From Alphaproteobacteria bacterium (GTDB lineage: Bacteria > Pseudomonadota > Alphaproteobacteria > JACZXZ01), in contig DATJLQ010000007.1 in assembly GCA_035509415.1 (NCBI GenBank), positions 696-64,695 on the forward strand: DNA of 64,000 nt, read 5' to 3'. The notes beneath the pieces are model-generated. The model was given only the letters and a program-made list of their open reading frames with translations, was not told the origin of the DNA and ran no database searches. This document shows, in pieces, positions 29,148 to 38,519 of the stretch. Position 1 is the stretch's first letter. Every line of letters starts with the position of its first letter. A program made the position numbers and the translations under genes.

Positions 29148-31024
29148 CGGGCGCGGCCGAGATCGTCATGCTGCCCGCGGACGAGGCGAGCCCGGATGCG
29201 CTCGAAGCGTGTGCCGCGCGCGGCGCCTTCGCGGTGCTTTATCTGGGATCGTCCTTCGCGGCCCTGGCCGCGCTCGAGCGCGCGCTCCCCGCGGGCTGGA
29301 CGCTGGTGCCGGTGGGCGACGGGCTGCGGCGTGCGGCGGAGTCGCTACGCCGGGAATTCCTCGATCTCGACGCCGCGGTGCTGCGCCCGGGTGTCGCGCG
29401 CGATTGGTGGGACGCGACCCATCTCGGCGAGCGCAATCCCTTGTCCTCGACCCTCGGGCTCGATCTCGCGCGTTTCTTTTTTCTGCTCGAGACGCTGCGG
29501 CGCCACGAGCGATTGCTCGTGCTGTGCGACGATCGCGCGCGTTGCCGCCTCTACGACGCCGAGATGCGCCGCCGCGGCCATCGCGTCGGCTGGGGCGGGC
29601 CGGGACGCGCGCGGCCATTGGGCGAGGGGGTGCGCGCCATCGGCTACGTCTTGCGTTGCCTTGCGCGCGGCGTCCGGGTCCGGCTTCGCGGCTGCGCCGA
29701 CTATCGCCGGCGCCGCCGCCTGTTGCGCTCGCTTCGACTTGCGCGGCCGCTCGACCTCGAAGGTTTACGGCGCGCCCGGGTGCTGCTGGTCTCGTGGCTA
29801 CGCGCCGAGACCTTTCCGCCGGGTGCGGCCTTGCCCGACGACGCCTATCTCCCGGGCTTCGCGGCGACCGCGACGGCCGCGGGCGAGGGCGTCGCCTATC
29901 TCATGCGCGCGGCTCCCGGGCTCGAGGATTACGCGGCCGCGGCGCAGGGTGCCCTCGCCTCGAGGGTTCCAGTGCTGATGTTCGAGGAGCTGGCGCCCGC
30001 GGGCGCGATGCTCGCGGCGGCGTTCATTTCCATGGCGCTGCCGTGGCGCGTGCCGCGCGCGACGCTCGCGGGCGAGGACGTGGGCGCCATCCTACGTCTC
30101 GGCGCCTGGCGCGAGCTCGGCAGCTTCGACGTCGTGACCGCCTTCGGCCACAAGGCCCTGTGCCAGACGCTCGCGCGGCTCGGCGCCGCACCCGCCTCGC
30201 TCGCCCATCCCTACGAGCATCAGCCCTGGGAAAAGATGCTGCGCCGAGGATTGCGCCGCTGGCTGCCCGATGCGCGCGTGATCGGGGTGCAGCACGTCCC
30301 GTTCGCCCGGACCTATCTGAGCCTGTTTCCGAGCCGGCGCGAGATCGAAAGCGGCCTCATTCCGGACCGGCTTTTGGTCGCGGGCGAGGGATACGCGGAC
30401 TGGTTCCGCGCCGTGGGTTTCCCTCCCGGGCGCCTCGCGGTTCTGGGCGCCGTGCGTTATGCCAAGCCGTCGCGCGCGGCCGAAACGGGAGGCCGTGGTA
30501 TCCTGTGTTGCACGAGCATCGATCTCGCGGAATCGATCGAGCTCGTCGCCAAGGCAGCGCTCGCGAGCCGCGGGCTCGGCCGCACCGTCACGGTCAATTA
30601 TCACCCCGCGACGGGCGAGGATTTCCGCCGCGCGTTGCGCGAGGGGGCGGCGCGCATCGCAGGCGGCGACCTCGACCATCTCGGCTACGTCGACGCACCG
30701 GCCGCGACGCTCCTCGACGACGCGCACCTGGTCCTTTATTGCACCTCGGCCGCGGTCTTCGACGCGCTGCTTGCGGGCAAGCCTGCGGTCTTCGTCGGGC
30801 GCGAGACCGATCTCGACTACGACAAGGCGCCCGACGGATTGACGACGCGGTGCCGCACGGTCGGGGAATTGCGCGCGATCCTGGCCGCTTCCTTTGCCGA
30901 GCCCGCCGGCGACGCGGCGCGCGCGCCGCGTACGGCCGAGCTCGAGCGCTGGATCGCGCCGGTCAAGGAGTCGATCCTGCGCGCGGCCCTGTCGCTCGCG
31001 CCGCGCGAAGCCGTTCCGGCGTGA
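29144..31024 (+). CDS. Large hypothetical protein (626 aa). A candidate glycosyltransferase, possibly of the KpsC/KpsS capsule-synthesis type.
   Basis: ATGA overlap with the upstream stop. Two-lobed Rossmann-like organisation. No confident motif match. The long ORF 26984-31024 is a frame artefact. Confidence 0.5.
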   Translation: MTGAAEIVMLPADEASPDALEACAARGAFAVLYLGSSFAALAALERALPAGWTLVPVGDGLRRAAESLRREFLDLDAAVLRPGVARDWWDATHLGERNPLSSTLGLDLARFFFLLETLRRHERLLVLCDDRARCRLYDAEMRRRGHRVGWGGPGRARPLGEGVRAIGYVLRCLARGVRVRLRGCADYRRRRRLLRSLRLARPLDLEGLRRARVLLVSWLRAETFPPGAALPDDAYLPGFAATATAAGEGVAYLMRAAPGLEDYAAAAQGALASRVPVLMFEELAPAGAMLAAAFISMALPWRVPRATLAGEDVGAILRLGAWRELGSFDVVTAFGHKALCQTLARLGAAPASLAHPYEHQPWEKMLRRGLRRWLPDARVIGVQHVPFARTYLSLFPSRREIESGLIPDRLLVAGEGYADWFRAVGFPPGRLAVLGAVRYAKPSRAAETGGRGILCCTSIDLAESIELVAKAALASRGLGRTVTVNYHPATGEDFRRALREGAARIAGGDLDHLGYVDAPAATLLDDAHLVLYCTSAAVFDALLAGKPAVFVGRETDLDYDKAPDGLTTRCRTVGELRAILAASFAEPAGDAARAPRTAELERWIAPVKESILRAALSLAPREAVPA

Positions 31025-31097
31025 CGCGCGCCCCGAAATCCGAAGAATTCCAGCGATCATTGCGCGCCCGAGCGCGCGCCCCCAGAGGAGAACGACC

Positions 31098-31973
31098 ATG
31101 ACCGCCCAGCCCGTCCGCATCGGCAAGAAGTCCGTCGGTCCCGGCCAGCCCTGCTACATCGTGGGCGAGATCGGCATCAACCACAATGGCGACCTCGCGA
31201 TCGCGAAGAAGCTCATCGACCGAGCGGTCGAATTCGGCTTCGACGCGGTCAAGTTCCAGAAACGCACGGTCGACGTGGTCTACACGCCCGAGGATCTGGC
31301 GCGCGAGCGCGAATCGCCGTTCGGCAGCACCAATGGCGACCTGAAACGCGGCCTCGAGTTCGGCGCGGCGCAATACAAGGAAATCGATGCGTATTGCCGC
31401 GCGCACGGCATCGATTGGTTCTGCTCGCCCTGGGACGAGGGCAGCGTCGACTTTCTCGAGCGCTTCGACCCCGTATGCTACAAGATCGCGTCGGCCTGCC
31501 TGACCGACGACGGGCTCCTCAAGCACATCAAGGCCACGAAGCGTCCGATCGTCCTCTCGACCGGCATGAGCACGCTCGACCAGATCGACCGCGCGGTCGC
31601 GATCCTCGAGGGCACGCCGCTCATCCTTCTCCACACCAACTCGACCTATCCCTCGAAGCACGAGGAGCTCAACCTCTCGGTGATTGCGAGCTTGCGCGCG
31701 CGTTACGGGAAGCCGGTCGGCTACAGCGGCCACGAGCCGGACGTGATCCCATCGGTCATGGCGGCGTCTGCCTACGACGCCTGCATGGTCGAGCGCCACA
31801 TCACCCTCGACCGCGCGATGTGGGGCACCGATCAGGCGGCGAGCCTCGAGCCGCGTGGCATGGAGCTGATGGCGAAATACATCCGCACTTGGGAAGTGGT
31901 GCGCGGCGACGGCAAGAAGCGCGTTTACGACAGCGAGATCCCGATCCTCAAGAAGCTGCGCCGGGTCGGCTGA
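31098..31973 (+). CDS. NeuB-family sugar-acid synthase lacking a C-terminal SAF domain (KDN/Neu5Ac-9-phosphate-synthase-like or PseI-like).
   Basis: RBS AGGAG 7 nt upstream. N-terminal CYIVGEIGINHNGDL and the NeuB TIM-barrel core. 291 aa, with no SAF domain. Confidence 0.8.
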   Translation: MTAQPVRIGKKSVGPGQPCYIVGEIGINHNGDLAIAKKLIDRAVEFGFDAVKFQKRTVDVVYTPEDLARERESPFGSTNGDLKRGLEFGAAQYKEIDAYCRAHGIDWFCSPWDEGSVDFLERFDPVCYKIASACLTDDGLLKHIKATKRPIVLSTGMSTLDQIDRAVAILEGTPLILLHTNSTYPSKHEELNLSVIASLRARYGKPVGYSGHEPDVIPSVMAASAYDACMVERHITLDRAMWGTDQAASLEPRGMELMAKYIRTWEVVRGDGKKRVYDSEIPILKKLRRVG

Positions 31974-31990
31974 GGCGCGCACCCATTCCC

Positions 31991-33148
31991 ATGACCGCGA
32001 CGCTCCGCCTTCTGCATTTGGTGAACAGCCACAGCACCAACGTGGGCAATGGGGCGCTCGCCGACGGTGCCGAGCGCGTGCTGGGCGAGGATCTGGCGGC
32101 ACCGGTCTCGTGGTCGCGCGTGCCGTGGGACGATTACACCTTCGGGCTCAAGAAATTCGATCGGGATTTCGTAGGCGCGATCAACCGCTCGGACGGCATG
32201 ATCGTGGGCGGTGCGGTCACGATCAACGGGCGCGCCTATCTCGAGCACGCGGGCATGCGCTTCGACCTTCCGCCAGCGCTTTGGCCGGAGATCCGTAAAC
32301 CATTGATCTTCTACGGGATTTCCTACCGACATTGGGCGGGCCAGCGGTTCCATCACGCGGACAAGCTGCGTTGGGCGTTCGACCACGCGCTCGGGCGCCA
32401 AGACATGCTGCTCGCGTTGCGCAACGACGGCACGCGCGAATGGCTCGAAGGCGCGCTCGGCATCGCGAGCGATCGGCTCCACGTAATCCCCGATCCCGCG
32501 GTGTTCGTCGAAGCCGACGACGCGGCGGCCGCGGCGGACGATCTTGCGCTCGATCCCGGGCGACCCAACATCGTGCTCGCCCTCAACGACGAGGATTCGG
32601 CCGAGCGCTACGGCACACCCGAGCGGCGCATGGAAGTGCTGCGCGGGATTGCCCAGGCGCTCGAGCCCGTGCTCGATGCGCGCGGCGCAAATCTCGTCTT
32701 GGCGCCCCATTATTTCGACGATCATCGCATGATCGCCGACTTCATCGCGTGCTGCCGCCCGCAGCTCGCGCACCAGCGCATGATCTCGACCGGCCTCGCG
32801 CGCATGGCGGACGCGAAGCGCTTCTACGGCCGCTACGCCCGTGCCCAGCTCGTGATCGCGATGCGCGTCCACGCCATGTCGCCCTCGATCGGCCTCGGCG
32901 TGCCGATGATCCCGCTCGTGACCCAGGACCGGCTCGGCCGCTTTCTCGACGATGTCGGCTTGGGCGACCTGGCGATCGACGCGCTCGCACCCGATCTCGC
33001 GGGTCGCCTCCGCGTTGCCATCGAGGCGGCGCTCGACCGGCCCGACGAGCTGCGGCGCCGCTTCCGCGTCACGCGCGACGGCATGCGCGCGCGGCTCGGT
33101 GCCTTCAATCGAAAGGTGGGGGAATTGCTTCATGGCCAAACGCGCTAA
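31991..33148 (+). CDS. Polysaccharide pyruvyl transferase family protein (CsaB/WcaK-like).
   Basis: 385 aa. PS_pyruv_trans-like pattern (LHLVNSHSTNVGNGAL...). Confidence 0.7.
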   Translation: MTATLRLLHLVNSHSTNVGNGALADGAERVLGEDLAAPVSWSRVPWDDYTFGLKKFDRDFVGAINRSDGMIVGGAVTINGRAYLEHAGMRFDLPPALWPEIRKPLIFYGISYRHWAGQRFHHADKLRWAFDHALGRQDMLLALRNDGTREWLEGALGIASDRLHVIPDPAVFVEADDAAAAADDLALDPGRPNIVLALNDEDSAERYGTPERRMEVLRGIAQALEPVLDARGANLVLAPHYFDDHRMIADFIACCRPQLAHQRMISTGLARMADAKRFYGRYARAQLVIAMRVHAMSPSIGLGVPMIPLVTQDRLGRFLDDVGLGDLAIDALAPDLAGRLRVAIEAALDRPDELRRRFRVTRDGMRARLGAFNRKVGELLHGQTR

Positions 33149-33644
33149 GTCCGCCGCGCGTCCGCGTCTCGATCCGGCGCGCGTGGCGCTCATCGTGTTC
33201 GATTTCGACGGCGTGCTCACCGACAACCGCGTGCTTGTGCTCGAGGACGGACGCGAGGCGGTCCTTTGCAGCCGCGCCGACGGGCTCGGCTTCGACGCGT
33301 TGCGCGCGGCGCGCATTCCGACGCTCATTCTCTCGACCGAGCGCAATCCGGTGGTGGCGGCGCGCGCGCGAAAGCTCGGCGTGCCGGTGCTCCAGGCGGT
33401 CGCCGACAAGGCGCAGGCGCTCGAGGCCCATTGCATTGCCGCGGGCATCGCGCTCGCGAGCGTGGTCTATGTCGGGAACGACCTCAACGATCTCAAGGCC
33501 ATGGGGACGGTCGGGCATCCGGTCGCGGTCGCCGACGCCCATGAGCGTGTGCGTAAGGCGGCGCGTTACGTGCTTAAAGCGGCGGGCGGCGAGGGGGCCG
33601 CGCGCGAGCTGGTCGAGCGGCTCATGGGCCTCGCGGTCGGATAG
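33132..33644 (+). CDS. KdsC-family HAD-IIIA phosphatase (3-deoxy-ulosonate-phosphate or acylneuraminate-9-phosphate phosphatase-like).
   Basis: Motif I VFDFDGVLTDN and C-terminal GNDLNDL motif as in KDO-8-P and KDN-9-P phosphatases. Confidence 0.8.
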   Translation: MAKRAKSAARPRLDPARVALIVFDFDGVLTDNRVLVLEDGREAVLCSRADGLGFDALRAARIPTLILSTERNPVVAARARKLGVPVLQAVADKAQALEAHCIAAGIALASVVYVGNDLNDLKAMGTVGHPVAVADAHERVRKAARYVLKAAGGEGAARELVERLMGLAVG

Positions 33645-33647
33645 GCG

Positions 33648-34394
33648 ATGGCCGAGATTCTCGCCCTCATTCCCGCGCGCGGCGGGTCGAAGTCGATCCC
33701 GCGCAAGAACCTGCTCCCGCTCGCGGGGCGGCCGCTCATCGTCCATTCGATCGAGCAGGCGCGCGCCTCGCGCCTGGTTTCGCGCGTGATCGTCACGACC
33801 GACGACGCCGAGATCGCGGCGGTCGCCAAGGCGGCGGGTGCCGAGGTGCCGTTCTTGCGGCCCGCCGAGCTCGCGCGCGACGACTCCCTCGACATCGAGT
33901 TTCATCGCCACGCGCTCGACTGGCTCGGCGCGCAAGAGCGCTATCGGCCCGACGCCGTCGTCAATCTTCGGCCCACCAATCCGACCCGGCGCCCCGCGAC
34001 CATCGACCGCGCGATCGAGACGTTCCTCGCCCATCCCGAGGCGGATTCGCTCCGCTCGGTCTCGCTCGCCGAGCAAACGCCCTACAAAATGTGGCTCATC
34101 GGCGCCGATGGCTGCTTGGCGCCGGTGGCCGCGCTCCCGGGCACGACCGAGCCCTACAACCTTCCGCGCCAGCGCCTGCCGCTGGTCTATTGGCAGAACG
34201 GCTATGTCGACATCGCCTGGACGCGCACCGTGATGGAGAAGCAATCGACCACGGGGACGCGCATCCTGCCCTTCGTGATCGAGGAGCGGAGCGTCGACAT
34301 CGACTATCCGGACGAGGTCGCGGACGCCGAACGCGCCATCGCCGAGGGCGACGCCGAGGCGAACGGCTCGGCCGGAAAGCGTCACCCGTCATGA
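33648..34394 (+). CDS. Acylneuraminate cytidylyltransferase-family protein (third paralogue).
   Basis: N-terminal LALIPARGGSKSIPRKN. Confidence 0.8.
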   Translation: MAEILALIPARGGSKSIPRKNLLPLAGRPLIVHSIEQARASRLVSRVIVTTDDAEIAAVAKAAGAEVPFLRPAELARDDSLDIEFHRHALDWLGAQERYRPDAVVNLRPTNPTRRPATIDRAIETFLAHPEADSLRSVSLAEQTPYKMWLIGADGCLAPVAALPGTTEPYNLPRQRLPLVYWQNGYVDIAWTRTVMEKQSTTGTRILPFVIEERSVDIDYPDEVADAERAIAEGDAEANGSAGKRHPS

Positions 34395-35422
34395 AGTTCC
34401 TCGTTTGCGGCCTGGGCTCGATCGGCCAGCGCCATGTGCGCGTGCTGCGCTCGCTCCTCGGCGACGAGGCCACGATCTACGTCCATAGGAAACGCGGCCT
34501 CGACATCGTCATCAACGACGACATGACGGCGATCCAGGGCCGCGATCCGGTCGCCCATTACGGGCTCATCGACGAGCCGTCCTTCGAGCGCGCCCTTGAG
34601 CGCGAGCTCGATGCCGTGCTGGTGACCAATCCGATCTCGATGCATGTGGAAACCGCGCTCGCCGCGGCCGAGCGCGGGCACAATCTCTTCATCGAGAAAC
34701 CCTTGGGCGCCTCGCTCGACGGGGTCGAGCGGCTCGAATCGCTGGTCGCGCGGAGCGGGCTCGTGACCCATGTGGGCTATCAGCTGCGCTTCCATCCCGC
34801 CCTGCGCCTGATGCGCGAGCTGTTGCAGGAGGGTGCCATCGGCGATCCGATCGCCGCGGAGGTCCATTTCGGCGAATGGCTGCCGGGCATGCACCCCTAC
34901 GAAGATTACCGCACGAGCCATGCGGCGCGGCGTGACCAGGGTGGGGGTGCCATCCTGTGCCTGAGCCACGACATCGATTACGCCACGTGGTTGTTCGGCC
35001 TGCCGAGGGTGCTGTTCGCGGTCGGCGGCAAGCTTTCCGATCTCGAGATGGACGTCGAGGACACGGCCTCGATCCTGATGCAATGCGGCGCGAGCGGCCG
35101 GCCGGTGCCGGTCCAGGTCCATGTCGACTTCGTCCAACGCGTGCCGCGGCGGTTTTGTCGCATCGCCGGCACGCGCGGCACGATCGCGTGGGATTATCAC
35201 CGGAACCAGGTGACGATCGTGGATGCGGCCGGGAACGAGACAGAGCGGAGCTTCCCCGGCTGGCAGCGCAACGACATGTTCCGGGCCCAGATGGCCCATT
35301 TCATCGCCTGCCTCGGCGGCGCGGAGCGGCCGCAGATCCCCGTTTCGGCCGGGGCCGCGACGCTCAGAGTCTGCCTGGCGGCGAAGCAATCCCTCGAGAC
35401 CGGGAAGGCGGTGACCCTATGA
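34391..35422 (+). CDS. Gfo/Idh/MocA-family oxidoreductase.
   Basis: ATGA overlap. KFLVCGLGSIGQRHV Rossmann fold and EKP motif. Confidence 0.8.
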   Translation: MKFLVCGLGSIGQRHVRVLRSLLGDEATIYVHRKRGLDIVINDDMTAIQGRDPVAHYGLIDEPSFERALERELDAVLVTNPISMHVETALAAAERGHNLFIEKPLGASLDGVERLESLVARSGLVTHVGYQLRFHPALRLMRELLQEGAIGDPIAAEVHFGEWLPGMHPYEDYRTSHAARRDQGGGAILCLSHDIDYATWLFGLPRVLFAVGGKLSDLEMDVEDTASILMQCGASGRPVPVQVHVDFVQRVPRRFCRIAGTRGTIAWDYHRNQVTIVDAAGNETERSFPGWQRNDMFRAQMAHFIACLGGAERPQIPVSAGAATLRVCLAAKQSLETGKAVTL

Positions 35423-36267
35423 GCACGAGCTCCAAGGACGGCGGCGTCGGCGCGCGCTTCCGCCTCGACGGCAAGGTGATCGCGATCACCGGCGGCGGCG
35501 GCTTCTTGGGCCCGCGCCACGCCGAGGCGATCGCGGAAGCGGGCGGCGTTCCGGTGCTGCTCGACATCAGGCGCGCGGCAGCCGAGGCGGCAGCGGCGGC
35601 GATCTCGAAGACCGGCGCCGAGGCACTCGGCCTCGGCTGCGACATCACCGACCCGGCCGCGGTGCGCGCCGCGCTCGCTACGGTGCTCGCGCGTTACGGC
35701 CGCATCGACGGGCTCGTCAACAACGCCGCCAACGATCCCAAGGTCGACACCGACGGCGCGGTCCAGAATTCGAGCCGGCTCGAGACCTTCCCGCTCGCGC
35801 TCTGGAACGCGGACCTCGCGGTCGGGCTCACGGGCGCTTTCGTGTGCGCGCAGGCGTTCGGCGGCGAGATGGCGCGCCGGCGCTCGGGCGTCATCCTCAA
35901 CATCGCGTCCGACCTCGCCGTGATCGCGCCCGACCAGCGCCTCTATCGCCAGCCCGGCCTCGCGCCCGAGGCGCAGCCGGTCAAGCCCGTGACCTATTCG
36001 GTGTTCAAGGCCGGGCTCCTGGGCCTCAACCGCTATCTCGCGACCTATTGGGCCGAGGCGGGGGTGCGCGTCAACGCGCTCTCGCCGGGCGGCGTCCATA
36101 ACGGCCAGGACGACGCCTTCGTCGCGCGCCTCGCGGACCTGATCCCGCTCGGCCGCATGGCGCGCGCGGACGAATACAAGGCGGCCGTCGTGTTCCTGCT
36201 GTCCGACGCTTCGTCCTACATGACCGGCGCCAACCTGGTCATGGATGGCGGCCGCAGCACCTGGTAG
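35419..36267 (+). CDS. SDR-family oxidoreductase (short-chain dehydrogenase).
   Basis: ATGA overlap. Motifs VIAITGGGGFLG, NNAA and YSVFK (YxxxK). Confidence 0.8.
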   Translation: MSTSSKDGGVGARFRLDGKVIAITGGGGFLGPRHAEAIAEAGGVPVLLDIRRAAAEAAAAAISKTGAEALGLGCDITDPAAVRAALATVLARYGRIDGLVNNAANDPKVDTDGAVQNSSRLETFPLALWNADLAVGLTGAFVCAQAFGGEMARRRSGVILNIASDLAVIAPDQRLYRQPGLAPEAQPVKPVTYSVFKAGLLGLNRYLATYWAEAGVRVNALSPGGVHNGQDDAFVARLADLIPLGRMARADEYKAAVVFLLSDASSYMTGANLVMDGGRSTW

Positions 36268-36311
36268 CGCGCAGGACCGCGCAACAAGAAACGGAAACGG
36301 GCCGCATCGAG

Positions 36312-37613
36312 ATGGTTAAAAGAGTTTATTTCCACATCGACGAGGTGGCGCGCGATTCGGTCGTCGCCGCCAATCTGAAGCGCGTGCTGGCGGCGCGCGG
36401 CATCGAGCTCGTCTACGGCAACCGGCCGTCGAGCCGGTTCCTGCCGCGCGTGTGCCCGTTCGACGCGCTCGTCCTGCCGACCGTGCAGTTCGTCCAGGCG
36501 GTCGCCCCGGATCCCACGGCTCCCATGCCGCCCATGATCGTGCTGCCGACCGAGGGCATCGGCGGCATTCCCGAGGACCCGAAGCGCGCGGCGTTGAAGT
36601 TCCTGGGCGATCCCTTCATGGCCGGCGACCGGCGCTGGGTCGAGAAGGTCGCGGCCTTTTGCCTCTGGGGCAAGCAGCAGCTCATCGGCTTCGAGCAGTT
36701 CGCGCCCCATCTCGCGGATCGCTGCCACGTGATCGGCCATCCGCGCTTCGACCGGCGCTGCCTGCCGCGGCCGCGGCCGCGCGCGGCGAGCGGCGACGGG
36801 ACCGTGCGCATCGGGCTCCTGACCCGCTACTCGATGCTCAACCCGTTCGACGGGCGCACGGCCTTGACCTATGTCCACTCGGCGCGCCGCTCCAAATTCC
36901 ACCATATCCAGCTGCAGCCCGACCCGACCCTCGATATCGAGGATCTTTATTTCACCAACGTGTCGGATTTGCGCGTCACCTTCGATCTCATCGACCGGCT
37001 CGACCCGCAACGCCATCGCGTGGCGCTACGCATCCATCCGCGCGAGGACCGCACCCATTGGGAAGCGCTGGCGGCGGCGCAGCGTCTGCCGATCTCGATC
37101 GCACCCTGGGACCAGCCCTTCATCCATTGGCTCGAGGAGGTCGACTGGATGGTGGCCCCGCCCTCCACCAGCTTCTACGACGCCTTCGTCATGGGAAAAC
37201 CGGTGGTCTGCATCGATCGCATCGCGCCCAAGCGCAAGGCGCATGTGCTGCCCTTGAGCGACGATTCCTCGCGCATCATCGATTACACGTTCCGGCCCAA
37301 GAGCTTGGACGAGCTCATGGCCCTGATCGCGCGCCCGCCGGCCGGGCCGGTCGAGCTCTCGGCGCCGGTCGCAACGCTTCTCGCCAACGACGCCCATTAC
37401 CCCGAGTGCGGCCGCTCGCTCGACGCGCTCGCCGACGTGTGCGAGCTCGTGATGCGCGCGCACCCGGTCGAGCAGCGCGCGTCCGAAAGTCTCCGCTACG
37501 GGCTCCTCACCGCGGTCGACGGGCTGCGCCAGCGCCGGATGGTGGACCAGGGGGCCTGGTTCCGGCTCGACCGCGGCCGGCGCCGCTGGATCGACGGGCT
37601 GGCGGCCGTCTAG
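36312..37613 (+). CDS. Hypothetical protein (433 aa). A candidate surface-carbohydrate biosynthesis protein or glycosyltransferase.
   Basis: No defined motif. Last gene of the long plus-strand operon. Confidence 0.5.
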   Translation: MVKRVYFHIDEVARDSVVAANLKRVLAARGIELVYGNRPSSRFLPRVCPFDALVLPTVQFVQAVAPDPTAPMPPMIVLPTEGIGGIPEDPKRAALKFLGDPFMAGDRRWVEKVAAFCLWGKQQLIGFEQFAPHLADRCHVIGHPRFDRRCLPRPRPRAASGDGTVRIGLLTRYSMLNPFDGRTALTYVHSARRSKFHHIQLQPDPTLDIEDLYFTNVSDLRVTFDLIDRLDPQRHRVALRIHPREDRTHWEALAAAQRLPISIAPWDQPFIHWLEEVDWMVAPPSTSFYDAFVMGKPVVCIDRIAPKRKAHVLPLSDDSSRIIDYTFRPKSLDELMALIARPPAGPVELSAPVATLLANDAHYPECGRSLDALADVCELVMRAHPVEQRASESLRYGLLTAVDGLRQRRMVDQGAWFRLDRGRRRWIDGLAAV

Positions 37614-38428
37614 GACTCGACGAGCTCGATGCGCTCGAGCGTTGCGACTGCGGCGGGGTCGAGGGCACCCGGCCCGAAGATCACCGGATAGGTGCGCCCC
37701 GACTTCGTGTGCCGGATGTTCGCGTCCATCAAGCACAGCGTCATGGCGCGCCGCGAATTGTCGGTCTTGTTGGGGCCGGAGCGGTGGAGGAGGGCGCAGT
37801 GGAACACGACCGCGTCGCCCGCCTCGAGCTCGATCATGCGGCGCCGGTCGGCCGGCGCGTAGCGCGCCTCGTCCTCGGCCTTGAGCAGGTGGCCGTCGCC
37901 GATGCGGCCGTGCTTGTGCGAGCCGACCGCGAATTCCATGCACCCGCTTTCGACCGTGGCGTCGTCGAGCGCGATCCAGAGCGTGAGCGAGGGCGATGCG
38001 CTCATCGGCCATTTGGCGCTCACGTCCTGGTGGAACGGCAGCTCGCCCGCGATGCGCGCCGGTTTGTTGAACAGCATCGCGCGCATGCTCGAGACCGCGG
38101 GCCCGATCAAGGCCTCCGAGAGCGAGCGGATGGTCGCGCACTGGAACAGCGCCAGGAACAGCGGGTCGTACTCGAAGCCCTTGATCTTGCGGTAGTCGCG
38201 GCTCGGGCCGCTGAACCGCGTCGTGTCCCACTGCACGCCGTCATAGTCGCCGGTGCCGGAGTCGCGCTGGAAGAACATGCCCGGGCGGGCGATGCGCCCA
38301 TCCATCAGATCGTCGATGCGGCGCGACAATTCGGCGGTCTCGGCCGGCGTCAACAGGTCGCGCAGGAAGAAGAAGCCGTCCTCCTCGAACTGGCGGCGCT
38401 GCGTTTCGGTGAACGGACGCGTGGTCAT
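37610..38428 (-). CDS. Phytanoyl-CoA dioxygenase (PhyH) family Fe(II)/2-oxoglutarate-dependent oxygenase.
   Basis: Facial triad HxD...H (PFHQDVS...H) in a 272-aa protein from the ATG at 38428. The longer ORF to 38797 is a GC-rich upstream extension. Confidence 0.75.
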   Translation of the reverse strand: MTTRPFTETQRRQFEEDGFFFLRDLLTPAETAELSRRIDDLMDGRIARPGMFFQRDSGTGDYDGVQWDTTRFSGPSRDYRKIKGFEYDPLFLALFQCATIRSLSEALIGPAVSSMRAMLFNKPARIAGELPFHQDVSAKWPMSASPSLTLWIALDDATVESGCMEFAVGSHKHGRIGDGHLLKAEDEARYAPADRRRMIELEAGDAVVFHCALLHRSGPNKTDNSRRAMTLCLMDANIRHTKSGRTYPVIFGPGALDPAAVATLERIELVES

Positions 38429-38519
38429 GGCTTGGCCCCGGGCTCGAAAGCGGCCGGCATCATAGGTCGGCGGCCGCGTCGTGACAATCGTTTGGCTGCC
38501 GGCTCCTGCGTCGCGGCGC

